Positions 17,895 to 27,281 of a DNA stretch of 64,000 nt are shown piece by piece. A program made the translations under genes and the position numbers. Positions within the stretch are counted from its first letter, which is position 1. The number at the start of each line of letters is the position of its first letter. This stretch comes from Dehalococcoidia bacterium (GTDB taxonomy: Bacteria > Chloroflexota > Dehalococcoidia > Lucifugimonadales > UBA3495): the NCBI GenBank assembly GCA_963668585.1, contig OY764869.1, positions 201,880-265,879 on the forward strand, in the 5' to 3' direction. The notes beneath the pieces were generated by a model that saw nothing but the letters and a program-made list of their open reading frames with translations, was not told the DNA's origin and did not search any database.

Positions 17895-19067
17895 CTACCC
17901 GCGCGGCAGGCCCAACCCCCGGCTGGCGATGATGTTGCGCTGCACTTCGCTGGTGCCGGCGGCAATGGTATGAGAAAACGCCCGCATCCAATGCTCCTGC
18001 ATATCGGCTTCCAGGGGCGTCCACTTGTCGTCGCGCAGGCCGCCGTACATGCCCATCACTTCCAGGCAGGACGCGGTGGTGCGCTGCACGGTTTCGCTGC
18101 CGAACACCTTGGACATTGACGCTTCCTTGTTGGGCACCAGGCCTTCGCCCTGCATCCAGGCCACGTTGTAGGCGATGAGGCGCGCCACTTCGCACTCGAT
18201 GTAGCGGTCGGCCAGCACGTTGCGCACCCAGGGTTCCTGGCTGAGCGGCTTGCCGTTGCGCGAGATTCCGTCGGCCCACTGGCGGGTATCGTCCAGATGC
18301 CGGCGCGACGCGGCCGAGTAGTCGATGCCGGAACGCTCGAAGTCCAGCAGCGTCACGGCCACGTACCAGCCACGGTTTTCCTCGCCGACGATGTTGCGGG
18401 CCGGCACTCGCACGTTGTCGAACATGATCTGGTTGAATTCGTGGCGTCCGCCCATGTTGATGATGGGGCGAACCTCAATGCCCGGCGTCTTCATGTCCAC
18501 CAGGAAGAAACTGATGCCCCGGTGCTTGGGGGCGTCGGTGTCGGTGCGGGTGAGCAGCATGATCCAGTCGCCGCGGTGTCCCATGGAAGTCCAGATCTTG
18601 CTGCCGTTGATGACGAATTCGTCGCCGTCGCGGATGGCGCGGGTGCTGAGGGACGCAAGGTCGGAACCGGACTCGGGCTCACTGTAGCCCTGGCACCACT
18701 GCACCTCGCCCTTGGCGACGGGGGGCAGATGCTCGGCCTTCTGCTCGTCGGTGCCGTGAATCATGAGGGTTGCGCCCATCATGCGGACGCCGAAGTTGTC
18801 GCGACCGGGAGCGCGGTGGTAGGTCATCGCTTCATTGAAGATGGCGGTGCGCACCGGAGATGCTTTTTGTCCGCCGTACTCTTCCGGCCAGTGCATCGTC
18901 AGCCAGCCTCGGTCGGCCAGTTTGCGGCGCACATCCAGCGTGCGTTCCCAGTTATCTTCACCGACGCCACGTTCGCCCAACTCCCATTCGGGAACATACT
19001 CGTCGGAGATGAACTGCTGGAGGTCGCTTTGGAAGGTAGCGTCCTCGGTACTGAACTGGAACTCCAT
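17895..19067 (-). CDS. acyl-CoA dehydrogenase
   Basis: 390 aa with typical ACAD segments: WCQGYSEPESGSD, and a C-terminal IAAGTSEVQRNIIA. Confidence 0.9.
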   Translation of the reverse strand: MEFQFSTEDATFQSDLQQFISDEYVPEWELGERGVGEDNWERTLDVRRKLADRGWLTMHWPEEYGGQKASPVRTAIFNEAMTYHRAPGRDNFGVRMMGATLMIHGTDEQKAEHLPPVAKGEVQWCQGYSEPESGSDLASLSTRAIRDGDEFVINGSKIWTSMGHRGDWIMLLTRTDTDAPKHRGISFFLVDMKTPGIEVRPIINMGGRHEFNQIMFDNVRVPARNIVGEENRGWYVAVTLLDFERSGIDYSAASRRHLDDTRQWADGISRNGKPLSQEPWVRNVLADRYIECEVARLIAYNVAWMQGEGLVPNKEASMSKVFGSETVQRTTASCLEVMGMYGGLRDDKWTPLEADMQEHWMRAFSHTIAAGTSEVQRNIIASRGLGLPRG

Positions 19068-19168
19068 GATGCTATTCTCCTGGTGGCGTGGGTCGCATGG
19101 TCGGCGGCATCGGCCGACGGTGAACCGGATTGACGTGCAAAATTTGCGCTATCTTACCACGGGCTGCG

Positions 19169-20020
19169 TCACATTTGGCTGTAGCCGCTGCCGGGCCCCC
19201 GGGTGTCGTCGACGCCCCAGCCGCGGCCTTCCGTGATCCAGCCAAACTCCAGCAGAATCTGCTGGCTGTAGCACACCCGCCCCGTTACCTTGTCCGCAGG
19301 TTCGGAAGCCAGGAGCAGGGTGGCTTTGGCGAGCAGTTCGGGTGGCTCGCCACGCGGGTCGTCCATGCCCTCCACCAGGTGATGGAAAACGGTGCCGGGA
19401 GTGGGCACCACCAGGGAGGGAGCCACCGCCGAAACGGAGATCCCATACTCGTGCACCTCCTGGGCCAGACCCTGGGAGAAGCGCTCCAACGCCGCTTTCT
19501 CGGCTCCGTAGCATGTGCCGTTGTTGGTCGGCGTGGTGTACGGTCCGCGACCGGGACCGACGGCCGAACCGGAGGATATGTTCACGATGCTGCCCGACCT
19601 GCGCTCGATCATGTCCGACAGAACCAACTGGCTGAGGATGAAAGGAGCGTGGAAATTGACCGCCCATGATCGCATCCAGCGGTTGATGGGAAAGTCCTTG
19701 ATGGGCAGGTAGTAGGTGAGGGCGGCGTTATTGACCAGCACGTCCACCGGCCCGTAGATGCGTCGCGCTTCCGACACCAGCATCTCGCACTCGTCGGGCA
19801 GGGAGATGTTGGCGGCCACGGCAGTTGCCTCGCCGCCGGCTTCCTTGATGTCCGCGATGGTCTTGGCGAGCGAACCTTCAAGCGGGTGATCGCCTTCGTT
19901 GACGGTGCGGGCGGCGCAGACTACGCGGGCCCCTTCGGCGGCGAACAGGCGACTGATTTCGGCGCCGATGCCACGACTGGCGCCGGTGACGATGGCGGTT
20001 TTTCCTTCTAGTTTGGGCAT
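19169..20020 (-). CDS. SDR family oxidoreductase
   Basis: TGASRGIG, NNAA and YGAEK motifs. I prefer the ATG at 20020 (MPKLEGK) over the ORF-track start at 20101. Confidence 0.85.
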   Translation of the reverse strand: MPKLEGKTAIVTGASRGIGAEISRLFAAEGARVVCAARTVNEGDHPLEGSLAKTIADIKEAGGEATAVAANISLPDECEMLVSEARRIYGPVDVLVNNAALTYYLPIKDFPINRWMRSWAVNFHAPFILSQLVLSDMIERRSGSIVNISSGSAVGPGRGPYTTPTNNGTCYGAEKAALERFSQGLAQEVHEYGISVSAVAPSLVVPTPGTVFHHLVEGMDDPRGEPPELLAKATLLLASEPADKVTGRVCYSQQILLEFGWITEGRGWGVDDTRGPGSGYSQM

Positions 20021-20202
20021 TTCCGGTTGTCCTTTTGCTGATTTGCGGCCGTCATCGCCTGTGGTTCCGTTACGCAATGGCGCCGACCAGGTGAACGGCA
20101 ACCCCTTGCGTCAGGCGTCAAGATGAGGAGAATGAAAGACAATTGTAACCCGTGCGAGGGCGTGTCCATGGCGCGAGCCTAATAATGGCGCCTGCCGATC
20201 GG

Positions 20203-20700
20203 TCAGGTCTGACCGTTGCTCGAGACCCCATTACCGTTGGGCGGCGGTTCGGTGAAGGGTTGACCCGCGCGCTCTGCGGCGTCGCGGCGCTCAAGCCAGG
20301 ATTCCCAGGCCTGTTGAGTTTCCTCAATGCCCTCCATCCGGCCCGTCGCGCGACCTTCCTCACGGCCTTCTGCTCGGCCTTCCCGACGACCTTCTTCGCG
20401 GTAAAAACGTTTGCGAAATTCTGCCAGTACCAAGGATGTCCCCTCCACCAATCCGATTGTTATCGGGAGCGCGACGCCGGCGGTCAGAGCCGCGGAAACA
20501 ATGCTGATTATAACAATTTCCGGCCAGGCGAGCGGCGGATTTTCCGCTGTCACGAACCGGGAGTAGGCCATCAACCCGGCAAGCACAGCCCAGATGATGT
20601 AAAACGCAAGGAGTATCCGCCCGCTGTGGCGCGCCAGTACGTCAAAAAGACTGCGCCTGACGTCCCGGTTGGAGCCGTTGCTCGCCGCCGCGTCAGCCAT
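20203..20700 (-). CDS. membrane protein with a charged EGR-repeat C-terminal tail (uncharacterised)
   Basis: Two or three hydrophobic helices, then EGRREGRAEGREEGRATGRMEG. The start overlaps the panB stop by 8 nt. Confidence 0.5.
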   Translation of the reverse strand: MADAAASNGSNRDVRRSLFDVLARHSGRILLAFYIIWAVLAGLMAYSRFVTAENPPLAWPEIVIISIVSAALTAGVALPITIGLVEGTSLVLAEFRKRFYREEGRREGRAEGREEGRATGRMEGIEETQQAWESWLERRDAAERAGQPFTEPPPNGNGVSSNGQT

Positions 20701-21526
20701 CCACCAGGTCGGACAGCACCGCTGCGTTCATGGTGAAACTTTCCGACTCAGCGGGGAAGGAGCCATCGCGGACATCGTCGGCGTACTGGCGGAAGGCGGA
20801 GGTTATGTCATCCGCCAATGTCGCGTAGCGACGGGCGTGCCTGGGCAGAAAATCCGAAAACAGGCCGAGCATATCGTGGAACACCTGCACCTGCCCATCG
20901 CAATCGGGGCCGGCGCCGATACCGATGGTCGGGATGGTCATTCGCTCGGTGATCACCCTCGCCAACGGGCTTGGGACGCATTCCAGCACCACCGAGTAGG
21001 CGCCGGCATCCTGCAACGCCAGGGCGTCATCCACAAGGCGTCGAGCGGTGGCGCGGGTGCGTCCCTGCACGCGGTAGCCGCCCAGGGCGTTGACCGATTG
21101 CGGCGTGAGGCCGATGTGTCCCATGACCGGCACGCCGGCGTCCACCATGCGTCGCACCGTTTCGGCGATGGCCACGCCGCCTTCCAGTTTCACCGTGTGC
21201 GCGCCGCCCTCCTGCATCAGCCGGCCGGCGTTGCGCATGGCTTCGTTGGAATCGACCTGGTAGGCCATGAAGGGCAGGTCGGCGACGACCAGCGCGTTGG
21301 ATGCGCCGCGCGTGACCATGCGGGTATGGCGCACCATGTCGTCCATGGTCACCGGAATGGTGGAATCGTATCCCAGCACCACCATCCCCATGCTGTCGCC
21401 CACCAGTATGATGGGTATGCCGGCGGCGTCGGCGATGCGGGCGGCGGTGTAATCGTAGGCGGTGACCATGGGGATTTTCTCCCCGTTCCGCTTCATGTCC
21501 GCCAGTTTTCTGATCGTAGTCGCCAT
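20693..21526 (-). CDS. panB: 3-methyl-2-oxobutanoate hydroxymethyltransferase
   Basis: MVTAYDYTAARIADAAGIPIILVGDSMGMVVLGY and KLEGG motifs; 277 aa. Confidence 0.9.
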   Translation of the reverse strand: MATTIRKLADMKRNGEKIPMVTAYDYTAARIADAAGIPIILVGDSMGMVVLGYDSTIPVTMDDMVRHTRMVTRGASNALVVADLPFMAYQVDSNEAMRNAGRLMQEGGAHTVKLEGGVAIAETVRRMVDAGVPVMGHIGLTPQSVNALGGYRVQGRTRATARRLVDDALALQDAGAYSVVLECVPSPLARVITERMTIPTIGIGAGPDCDGQVQVFHDMLGLFSDFLPRHARRYATLADDITSAFRQYADDVRDGSFPAESESFTMNAAVLSDLVDG

Positions 21527-21541
21527 AGTAGCGCGATTGTA

Positions 21542-22426
21542 TCAGCCTTGCCCCTGTGCTGTCCGCCTCAATCGGGCCAGGTCGTCCTCGGCGACGCCCT
21601 TCGCCCGCGCCAGCGGAAGGGATGCCATTGTCAACTGGCGGTACATAGTCTCAAGCTCGGGAGCGCGCTCCGACAACGCTGCCAGGTGTGCCGAGATGGT
21701 GGCGGCGTCACCGCGCACGGCCGGCCCGGTTACCGCCGCCAGCGGTCCCACTGCGGCGATGGCCTCGATGGTGGCGCGGGCCAGCGGCACGGCGGCCCTC
21801 ACCCCGTCCTCCTCCGTGTATCCCATGCGCGTCCACAGGCTCACCGCTGCTTCCAGCAGAGTTCCCACGTAGCCGCACGACAATACCGCGCTGGCGTGGT
21901 ACAGCGGACGCAACTCATCGGTGATGGCAATAGCCCGTCCATCCAAACGCTCCGCGAGGGACGGCAGATAGTCTGCCAGCCACCCGGTGGCGGACAACGC
22001 GAACGTTACGCCGGACAGACGACGGGCGGCTTCGGCCGGTTCGCTGAGTGCGGCGAAGGTCTGGAACGGATGCATCGCGCCCACGGCTGCCCCGGCGTCC
22101 GCCGCTGCGGACAGGAGTTCGGTGGACGCCGCGCCGCAACAGTGCGCCACCCCCTGCCCGGAGCGCCAACTGACCTCGCCGGCAACTTGCGATATTGCGC
22201 TGTCGGGCGTGGTGATGAACACCAGGTCGCAGGTATCCGCGACTTCCTGCGCCGTGTCAACCGCGACGCACCCGTCGATTCGCCCGGCGATCCACTCCGC
22301 GCTGGCACGGGTGCGGCTGGCGGCCGCGACCACGTCGCAGCCCACCGAGTCCAGCGCCAGCGCCAGGCCGCGCCCCAGCGTGCCGGCCCCGACGAACCCG
22401 ATTCGGACGTTATCCGGTGTTGCCAT
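21542..22426 (-). CDS. Rossmann-fold protein, DUF2520-like (possible ketopantoate reductase substitute)
   Basis: N-terminal IGFVGAGTLG and position directly upstream of panB. Confidence 0.65.
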   Translation of the reverse strand: MATPDNVRIGFVGAGTLGRGLALALDSVGCDVVAAASRTRASAEWIAGRIDGCVAVDTAQEVADTCDLVFITTPDSAISQVAGEVSWRSGQGVAHCCGAASTELLSAAADAGAAVGAMHPFQTFAALSEPAEAARRLSGVTFALSATGWLADYLPSLAERLDGRAIAITDELRPLYHASAVLSCGYVGTLLEAAVSLWTRMGYTEEDGVRAAVPLARATIEAIAAVGPLAAVTGPAVRGDAATISAHLAALSERAPELETMYRQLTMASLPLARAKGVAEDDLARLRRTAQGQG

Positions 22427-23420
22427 GTTTCAATTCTCCAACTGACGGCGCTCCTGCCAGCCCCGTGGCCGATCGCACCGCGTCCAGTACCGCCAGCGCA
22501 GTGGCATGGGTCGCTGCCGCCACAATGGCGGTGAGGCTAACCGTCGCGGGATTGAGCCCCGTGGCCACGCAGAACATGGTGTCGCCGTCCCCCGCAGTAT
22601 GACACGGTCGTATGGTCAGGGCGAGGCCGTCGTGCGCGGACGACGCGACGAAGTTGGCCTGCGCCTTGTCCAGCGCGGCATCGGTGGCCACCACGCCGAT
22701 GGTCGTGTTGGTCATGGCCGTTTCAGCCTGCGGGTACTCGCCGTTGAGTATGATATTCACCGGATCGGCCATCGTTCCGTCATCCCGCAACGGTCCCGCG
22801 ATGAGCGCGCCGTCCTGATGGTCATGGATTCCGCCCCAAGCGTTGACCGCCACCGCCGCGCCCACCGACACCCCGTTGGGCAGCACGCAGCGGGCCGAAC
22901 CGATTCCGCCCTTGATCGCGCCGGCCGACCCGAACGCCTTGGCGACAGTGGCCCCCGTTCCGGCGCCCACCGAACCGGACACCAGCGGCGAACCGTGTGC
23001 GGCTTCACACGCCGCGTACCCGGCCGCGGCGTCGGGGCGAACGTCGGCGCGTCCGATCCCGAGGTCGTACAGGATGGCGGCCGGGGCTATGGGCACGCTG
23101 CCGTGGGGCGTCTGGAATCCGATGCCGCGTTCTTCGAGCCACCGCTGCACGCCCGTTGCCGCCGAGAGTCCGAAGGCGCTGCCGCCGCTGAGCAGGATGG
23201 CATGAACCCGGTCAACCCTCCGCGTCGGGTCCAGCAGGTCGGTCTCGTGGGTGCCGGGCGAACCTCCGCGCACGGCCACCCCGCCCACGGCGGTTTCGCC
23301 GCAGAGGATGACGGTGCAGCCGGTTGCCGAAACCGCGTCGGTCCAGTGGCCGGCGGTGATGCCGGGAACGGCGGTGATGGTCTGGTTGGTCGCCACAGCA
23401 GACTCCGCCGGTCCTGTCAT
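22410..23420 (-). CDS. P1/S58 family peptidase (DmpA-like aminopeptidase)
   Basis: GCTVIL...AVRGGSPGTHETDLL...LSGGSAFGL motifs. Confidence 0.8.
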   Translation of the reverse strand: MTGPAESAVATNQTITAVPGITAGHWTDAVSATGCTVILCGETAVGGVAVRGGSPGTHETDLLDPTRRVDRVHAILLSGGSAFGLSAATGVQRWLEERGIGFQTPHGSVPIAPAAILYDLGIGRADVRPDAAAGYAACEAAHGSPLVSGSVGAGTGATVAKAFGSAGAIKGGIGSARCVLPNGVSVGAAVAVNAWGGIHDHQDGALIAGPLRDDGTMADPVNIILNGEYPQAETAMTNTTIGVVATDAALDKAQANFVASSAHDGLALTIRPCHTAGDGDTMFCVATGLNPATVSLTAIVAAATHATALAVLDAVRSATGLAGAPSVGELKHGNTG

Positions 23421-24682
23421 TCGTCCCCCGCCTCGACGGCGGCGAGCAGTTCTTCGGCCCTTTCCAGCAGCATCCGTTGCCGCTCGGGATTGATCCCCTG
23501 GTTTTCAAGGTAGAGGCGGAGCGCGGCCAACGGCTGCAGGTCGCTGGGTTCCACGGCGAGGCGGCGGCGCGATTCGTCGGTAACCTCGCGGGATATGCTG
23601 GCAACGTAGTGGGCGGATGACAACGCGGCCCTCAGGTCAGCGTCCCGCATCCGCGACGACTGCTCGCCGGACAGCCGCACCCGCACGCGGGTAATGGACC
23701 CGTCAACCGGGCGTCGCTCGATGGCGCGCACCACGAACTCCGTCGGGTTGGTCTCGTTCTCCGGCACCGTGGCGTCCACCGTGACGAAGGGGCGGGCGGC
23801 GATGCGCTCGAAACGGTAATCGGTGAGCCGCCGACCCTGGGGAGCGTTGGGGTCGATGTCTATGATGCAAAAGCCCTTTTCGTCGGCTTCCTCGGAGAAA
23901 TCCACCCGTTGCAGGCTGCCGGAATAGACCACCGCCGGGCCGACTCCGACCGCGCCCTCGGACGCCGGCGGACGCAAGACCTGGTGCTTGTGAATGTGCC
24001 CCAGCGCCACGTATTCCAACTGCGGCAGTTGAACCGCGCTGACGTTGAGGACGTGGTCGTTGCCCAGCATCATGGAACGCTCCGTGCCGACGGTGGCGCC
24101 GTTGACGGTGACGTGGCCGGCCAGAATCGCCGGCACCTCCGGGTCCAGCGTCTGCGCCCGGTGGGCGATGGCTCCGGTCATCCGCCGTTCGATCTCCTGC
24201 CGGATCTGTTCGATGGTGAGGCCCCGGGATTCCTCGCGGGCCAGCATGGCGCCCCGGGATGGCCAGGGCACGGCCAACACCTGCAGCGGGCCGGCAGGCG
24301 TTGACACCGTCTGATTCCCCAATCGCGCGCCAACGTACACGTTGGGCACCTGCAGGGTGGAGAATATCTCCACCGAGTGTGCCCGACCGGTGGCGGCCGG
24401 CAGGTCGTGGTTGCCGGCCAGCAGAAAGGTCGGGATGCCGGCAGCCGACAACCGACGCAGGCGGAGCGCCAATTCCCGTTGCTGAGTTTGCGAAGGGTCT
24501 CGCCCCTTGTAGGCGTCGCCCGCCAGCAGAACCAGATCGACGGCGTTGGACAGGGCAAATTCCACCAGTTCGTCCAGTGCGCCCAGGAAGTCGCCCAGCC
24601 GGGTGGAAAGACCGGTGTTGGGATCGGTGCGCCCGTAGTTTTCGACGCCGATATGAAGGTCGGAAAAATGCAGGATTCGCAT
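23417..24682 (-). CDS. SbcD/Mre11-type metallophosphoesterase nuclease
   Basis: ILHFSDLHIG, LAGDAYK, LAGNHD and GHIH motifs, plus an SbcD-like C-terminal extension. There is no SbcC-like gene next to it. Confidence 0.8.
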   Translation of the reverse strand: MRILHFSDLHIGVENYGRTDPNTGLSTRLGDFLGALDELVEFALSNAVDLVLLAGDAYKGRDPSQTQQRELALRLRRLSAAGIPTFLLAGNHDLPAATGRAHSVEIFSTLQVPNVYVGARLGNQTVSTPAGPLQVLAVPWPSRGAMLAREESRGLTIEQIRQEIERRMTGAIAHRAQTLDPEVPAILAGHVTVNGATVGTERSMMLGNDHVLNVSAVQLPQLEYVALGHIHKHQVLRPPASEGAVGVGPAVVYSGSLQRVDFSEEADEKGFCIIDIDPNAPQGRRLTDYRFERIAARPFVTVDATVPENETNPTEFVVRAIERRPVDGSITRVRVRLSGEQSSRMRDADLRAALSSAHYVASISREVTDESRRRLAVEPSDLQPLAALRLYLENQGINPERQRMLLERAEELLAAVEAGDE

Positions 24683-24752
24683 GGCAATCCCAACTATACA
24701 TTGCGATTTGCTGTCACGCGAACCCGGTGCGCGCCTCAGGGTCGGGACGGGG

Positions 24753-24817
24753 CAATTCGATTTTGACGATAGACGAGGCAGTCCGCTCGTCCTTCGACAG
24801 GCTCAGGATGAGCGGAC
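24753..24817. repeat. palindromic repeat element, locus B
   Basis: caattcgatt box, then a 37-nt hairpin at 24781-24817 identical to 6321-6357. Confidence 0.85.
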
Positions 24818-24931
24818 GGTGAGTACGGACCGGCTACCGGTGCGAGTTCGATGAAAGACTGGACTTGCGGGGAGGAGGGTTCCGACAAGCCCAGTCGCCC
24901 GGAATGGGCAGGGATGGTGCGCTACCGGCCG

Positions 24932-26032
24932 CTACGGCAGCGCGCCTACTTCCTGCAACAGGGCCTGAGTGCCGGCCAGGTCCCCCAGATCCGCCAGCGT
25001 GATGTCGGGCTGACTGATGCTGTCCAGCGGCGTGAGCAGCAGGGAAGGCCGCACTCCATCTACCATGGGATATTCAAAGGTCTGCCCGGCGAAATACTGC
25101 TGACCCACCGAACTGAGCAGGAACCGTATGAATGCCTCGGCGTTCTCGGGATTTTCGGCCGTTTCCAGGATGCCGACCCCGGACACAAGCACCAGCGAAC
25201 CCGGTCCGCCGGCCCGCAGATGAGCGTTGCGCGCCGGAAATTCCTCGCCTTCCTCAGCAAGGAAGCGATACAGGTAGTAATGGTTCACCAGTCCGACGTC
25301 GATTTCGCCGGCCGCAGCGGCGGCAACCTGCGGGGTATTCTTGGGGTAGATCTTGACGTCGTTGTCGATCATCGCCCGCAGCCACTCCTCGGTCCGCTCT
25401 TCTCCCCATCCAACGCGCAGCGCGGTGATCATCGCCTGTAACGATCCGTTGGTCGGGGCCCAGCCCACGCGGCCCTTCCACTGGGGTTCCGTGAACCCCC
25501 ACAGATCATCGGGCAAGTCCGCCTCGGTGAGATTCTCGGTGCCGTACACGACGACGCGCGCCCGGCCGGTGACGCCGACCCAACGGCCTTCCGCTGAACG
25601 CGCCCACTGCGGCGTCAACTCGATCAAATCTCCGGGAAGCGTGGTCATCATGTCGGACACCGCGGCGAGGCCGCCCGGATCCTGGGCATAGAACACGTCG
25701 GCCGGTGAGTTTCCTCCCTCTTCCAGCAGCGTGGCGGCCAGGGCGCTGGTGCCGGCGTACTTGACCTGGACATCGATCCCCGTTGCTTCCTTGAACTGCT
25801 GGATAATCGGGTCAACCAGGGACTCGCTGCGCCCGGAGTAGATGATGAGCTTCCCGGGATCGCCGGTCGGCTCAGATTCCCGCACGATGCGCGTCACTTC
25901 CACGGTTACGGTTTCGGGCTGGGCGGCAGGCACACCGCCGCCGCAGGCGAGGCCCGCGCCAACCAGCAGCGCGGCCACGGCGATCAGCATCCCCAACCGA
26001 ATGCCACGAAAATGTTTCATCAGGTCAGTCAT
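24932..26032 (-). CDS. ABC transporter substrate-binding lipoprotein, Fe(III)-type (FbpA/AfuA-like)
   Basis: Lipobox LVGAGLAC, then IIYSGRSESLVDPIIQQFKEATGIDV and ADVFYAQDPG. Confidence 0.75.
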   Translation of the reverse strand: MTDLMKHFRGIRLGMLIAVAALLVGAGLACGGGVPAAQPETVTVEVTRIVRESEPTGDPGKLIIYSGRSESLVDPIIQQFKEATGIDVQVKYAGTSALAATLLEEGGNSPADVFYAQDPGGLAAVSDMMTTLPGDLIELTPQWARSAEGRWVGVTGRARVVVYGTENLTEADLPDDLWGFTEPQWKGRVGWAPTNGSLQAMITALRVGWGEERTEEWLRAMIDNDVKIYPKNTPQVAAAAAGEIDVGLVNHYYLYRFLAEEGEEFPARNAHLRAGGPGSLVLVSGVGILETAENPENAEAFIRFLLSSVGQQYFAGQTFEYPMVDGVRPSLLLTPLDSISQPDITLADLGDLAGTQALLQEVGALP

Positions 26033-26499
26033 TGGGTTCTTTCCTCCGCATATCAGATTGGCCCTGGCCTCGACCCCCGCAGTGGATGCAGGCCACCAAT
26101 GGCATCTGCACCGGGATTATCAGCAAAGCAATATCTCAAGATTCGTTGCCATGCCGACGGCATATTAGTACACACATAAAATTGAGTCAATACCAACACG
26201 CACGGTTTTGTCTCCCAACGCAAATCGTCTGTGTCGTGCGATTGAATCATGTGGCGGTGTGCATCGTGTCCACGTAAGCAGCGACGTTACGGCGCCTCAT
26301 CGCGTGAACCCTTCCGTTCTTTTTGTGCGCGACGATAGCCTTCGGGCCTCCCATGCAACGTGCCGGCCACTGCCATTTTTCCCGCGATAGCGGACCGCTG
26401 CCGTCCCGGCCGTCGCTATAAAAACGGGAATAACCCTGCTAGACTATATCGTCGGCACCAATTTGCCTGAAGCACCCCGTCGGAGCAGACGAACCCAAT

Positions 26500-27201
26500 A
26501 TGACTACCCCGCGAGAGCTATACAGCTTGCAGGAAATCGACCACCGTATAGACGGCATCGACGCCGAACGCAAGCGGCTTGAGGAGCGTCTGGCCGCCGG
26601 CGTCAATCGCCCTGACCTCACGGGCGAGGCCGACCGCCACTCGTCACGGGCGGTGGCCATCGGCGACAATGTCCAGAACCGGCGGGACGAAGCGGAACGA
26701 CTGCGGGAACGATTGACGGGTCTGGAATCACGGCTCTACAACTCCAACACATCCCGACGGGATCTTTCCACCATCCAGCGCGAAGTCGATTCGGCCAAGT
26801 ATCAGATCACCCAACTGGACGATTCCATCCTGGAGCAGGAGGAGGAGCAACGCACCCACGAAGAGGCCGCGCAGACCGCCCGCTCCGAGATGCAGGACGC
26901 CGAAAGCCAGTGGAAGGAGACCATCACGGCGGTCAACAGCCGTCTGTCGGACCTCTCCGAGCAGCGCGACGAAGCCGCCAGCCACCGCCAGAGCCTGGCC
27001 GGAACCCTGCCGGCCGACGACCTGCAACGATACGAACGGCTGCGCAGGAACAAGGCGGGGACCGCCATTTCGCTGGTCGATAACGGGCGCGTGTGCGTCT
27101 CGTGCCGCATGACTCTCACCACCAACGTGATGCGGCAATTGAGGGACAAGTCCAGGCAGGTGCCCTGCAGCGCGTGCGGGCGGATCCTGTACCAGCCGTA
27201 A
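26500..27201 (+). CDS. coiled-coil plus C4 zinc-ribbon protein (COG1579-like)
   Basis: Long helical region, then CVSCRM...CSACGRILY. Confidence 0.7.
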   Translation: MTTPRELYSLQEIDHRIDGIDAERKRLEERLAAGVNRPDLTGEADRHSSRAVAIGDNVQNRRDEAERLRERLTGLESRLYNSNTSRRDLSTIQREVDSAKYQITQLDDSILEQEEEQRTHEEAAQTARSEMQDAESQWKETITAVNSRLSDLSEQRDEAASHRQSLAGTLPADDLQRYERLRRNKAGTAISLVDNGRVCVSCRMTLTTNVMRQLRDKSRQVPCSACGRILYQP

Positions 27202-27281
27202 TCCTCTGCGTTGGAGGCGGAGGCTGATTTGCGACTCCGCCGGCGTCACTCCACCCATCCATTTTGGAGAATGCAATAACC

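Noticed and set aside
17893-18279. Upstream part of the 243-aa ORF containing the DUF6883-like sequence
   Set aside because: It overlaps the 3' end of the acyl-CoA dehydrogenase gene in another frame and is Arg/Gly/Pro-rich. The conserved-looking sequence starts at the GTG at 17892.
20669-22534. 621-aa plus-strand ORF
   Set aside because: It is antisense to panB and the DUF2520-like gene, both of which have strong motifs. Its composition is Arg/Gly/His-rich, so I treat it as a shadow ORF.
26130-26160. Fur box upstream of the Fe(III)-type binding protein gene
   Set aside because: gattatcagcaaagcaatatc resembles the 19-bp Fur consensus only loosely, and its half-sites are not properly inverted. 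This is not enough to call.
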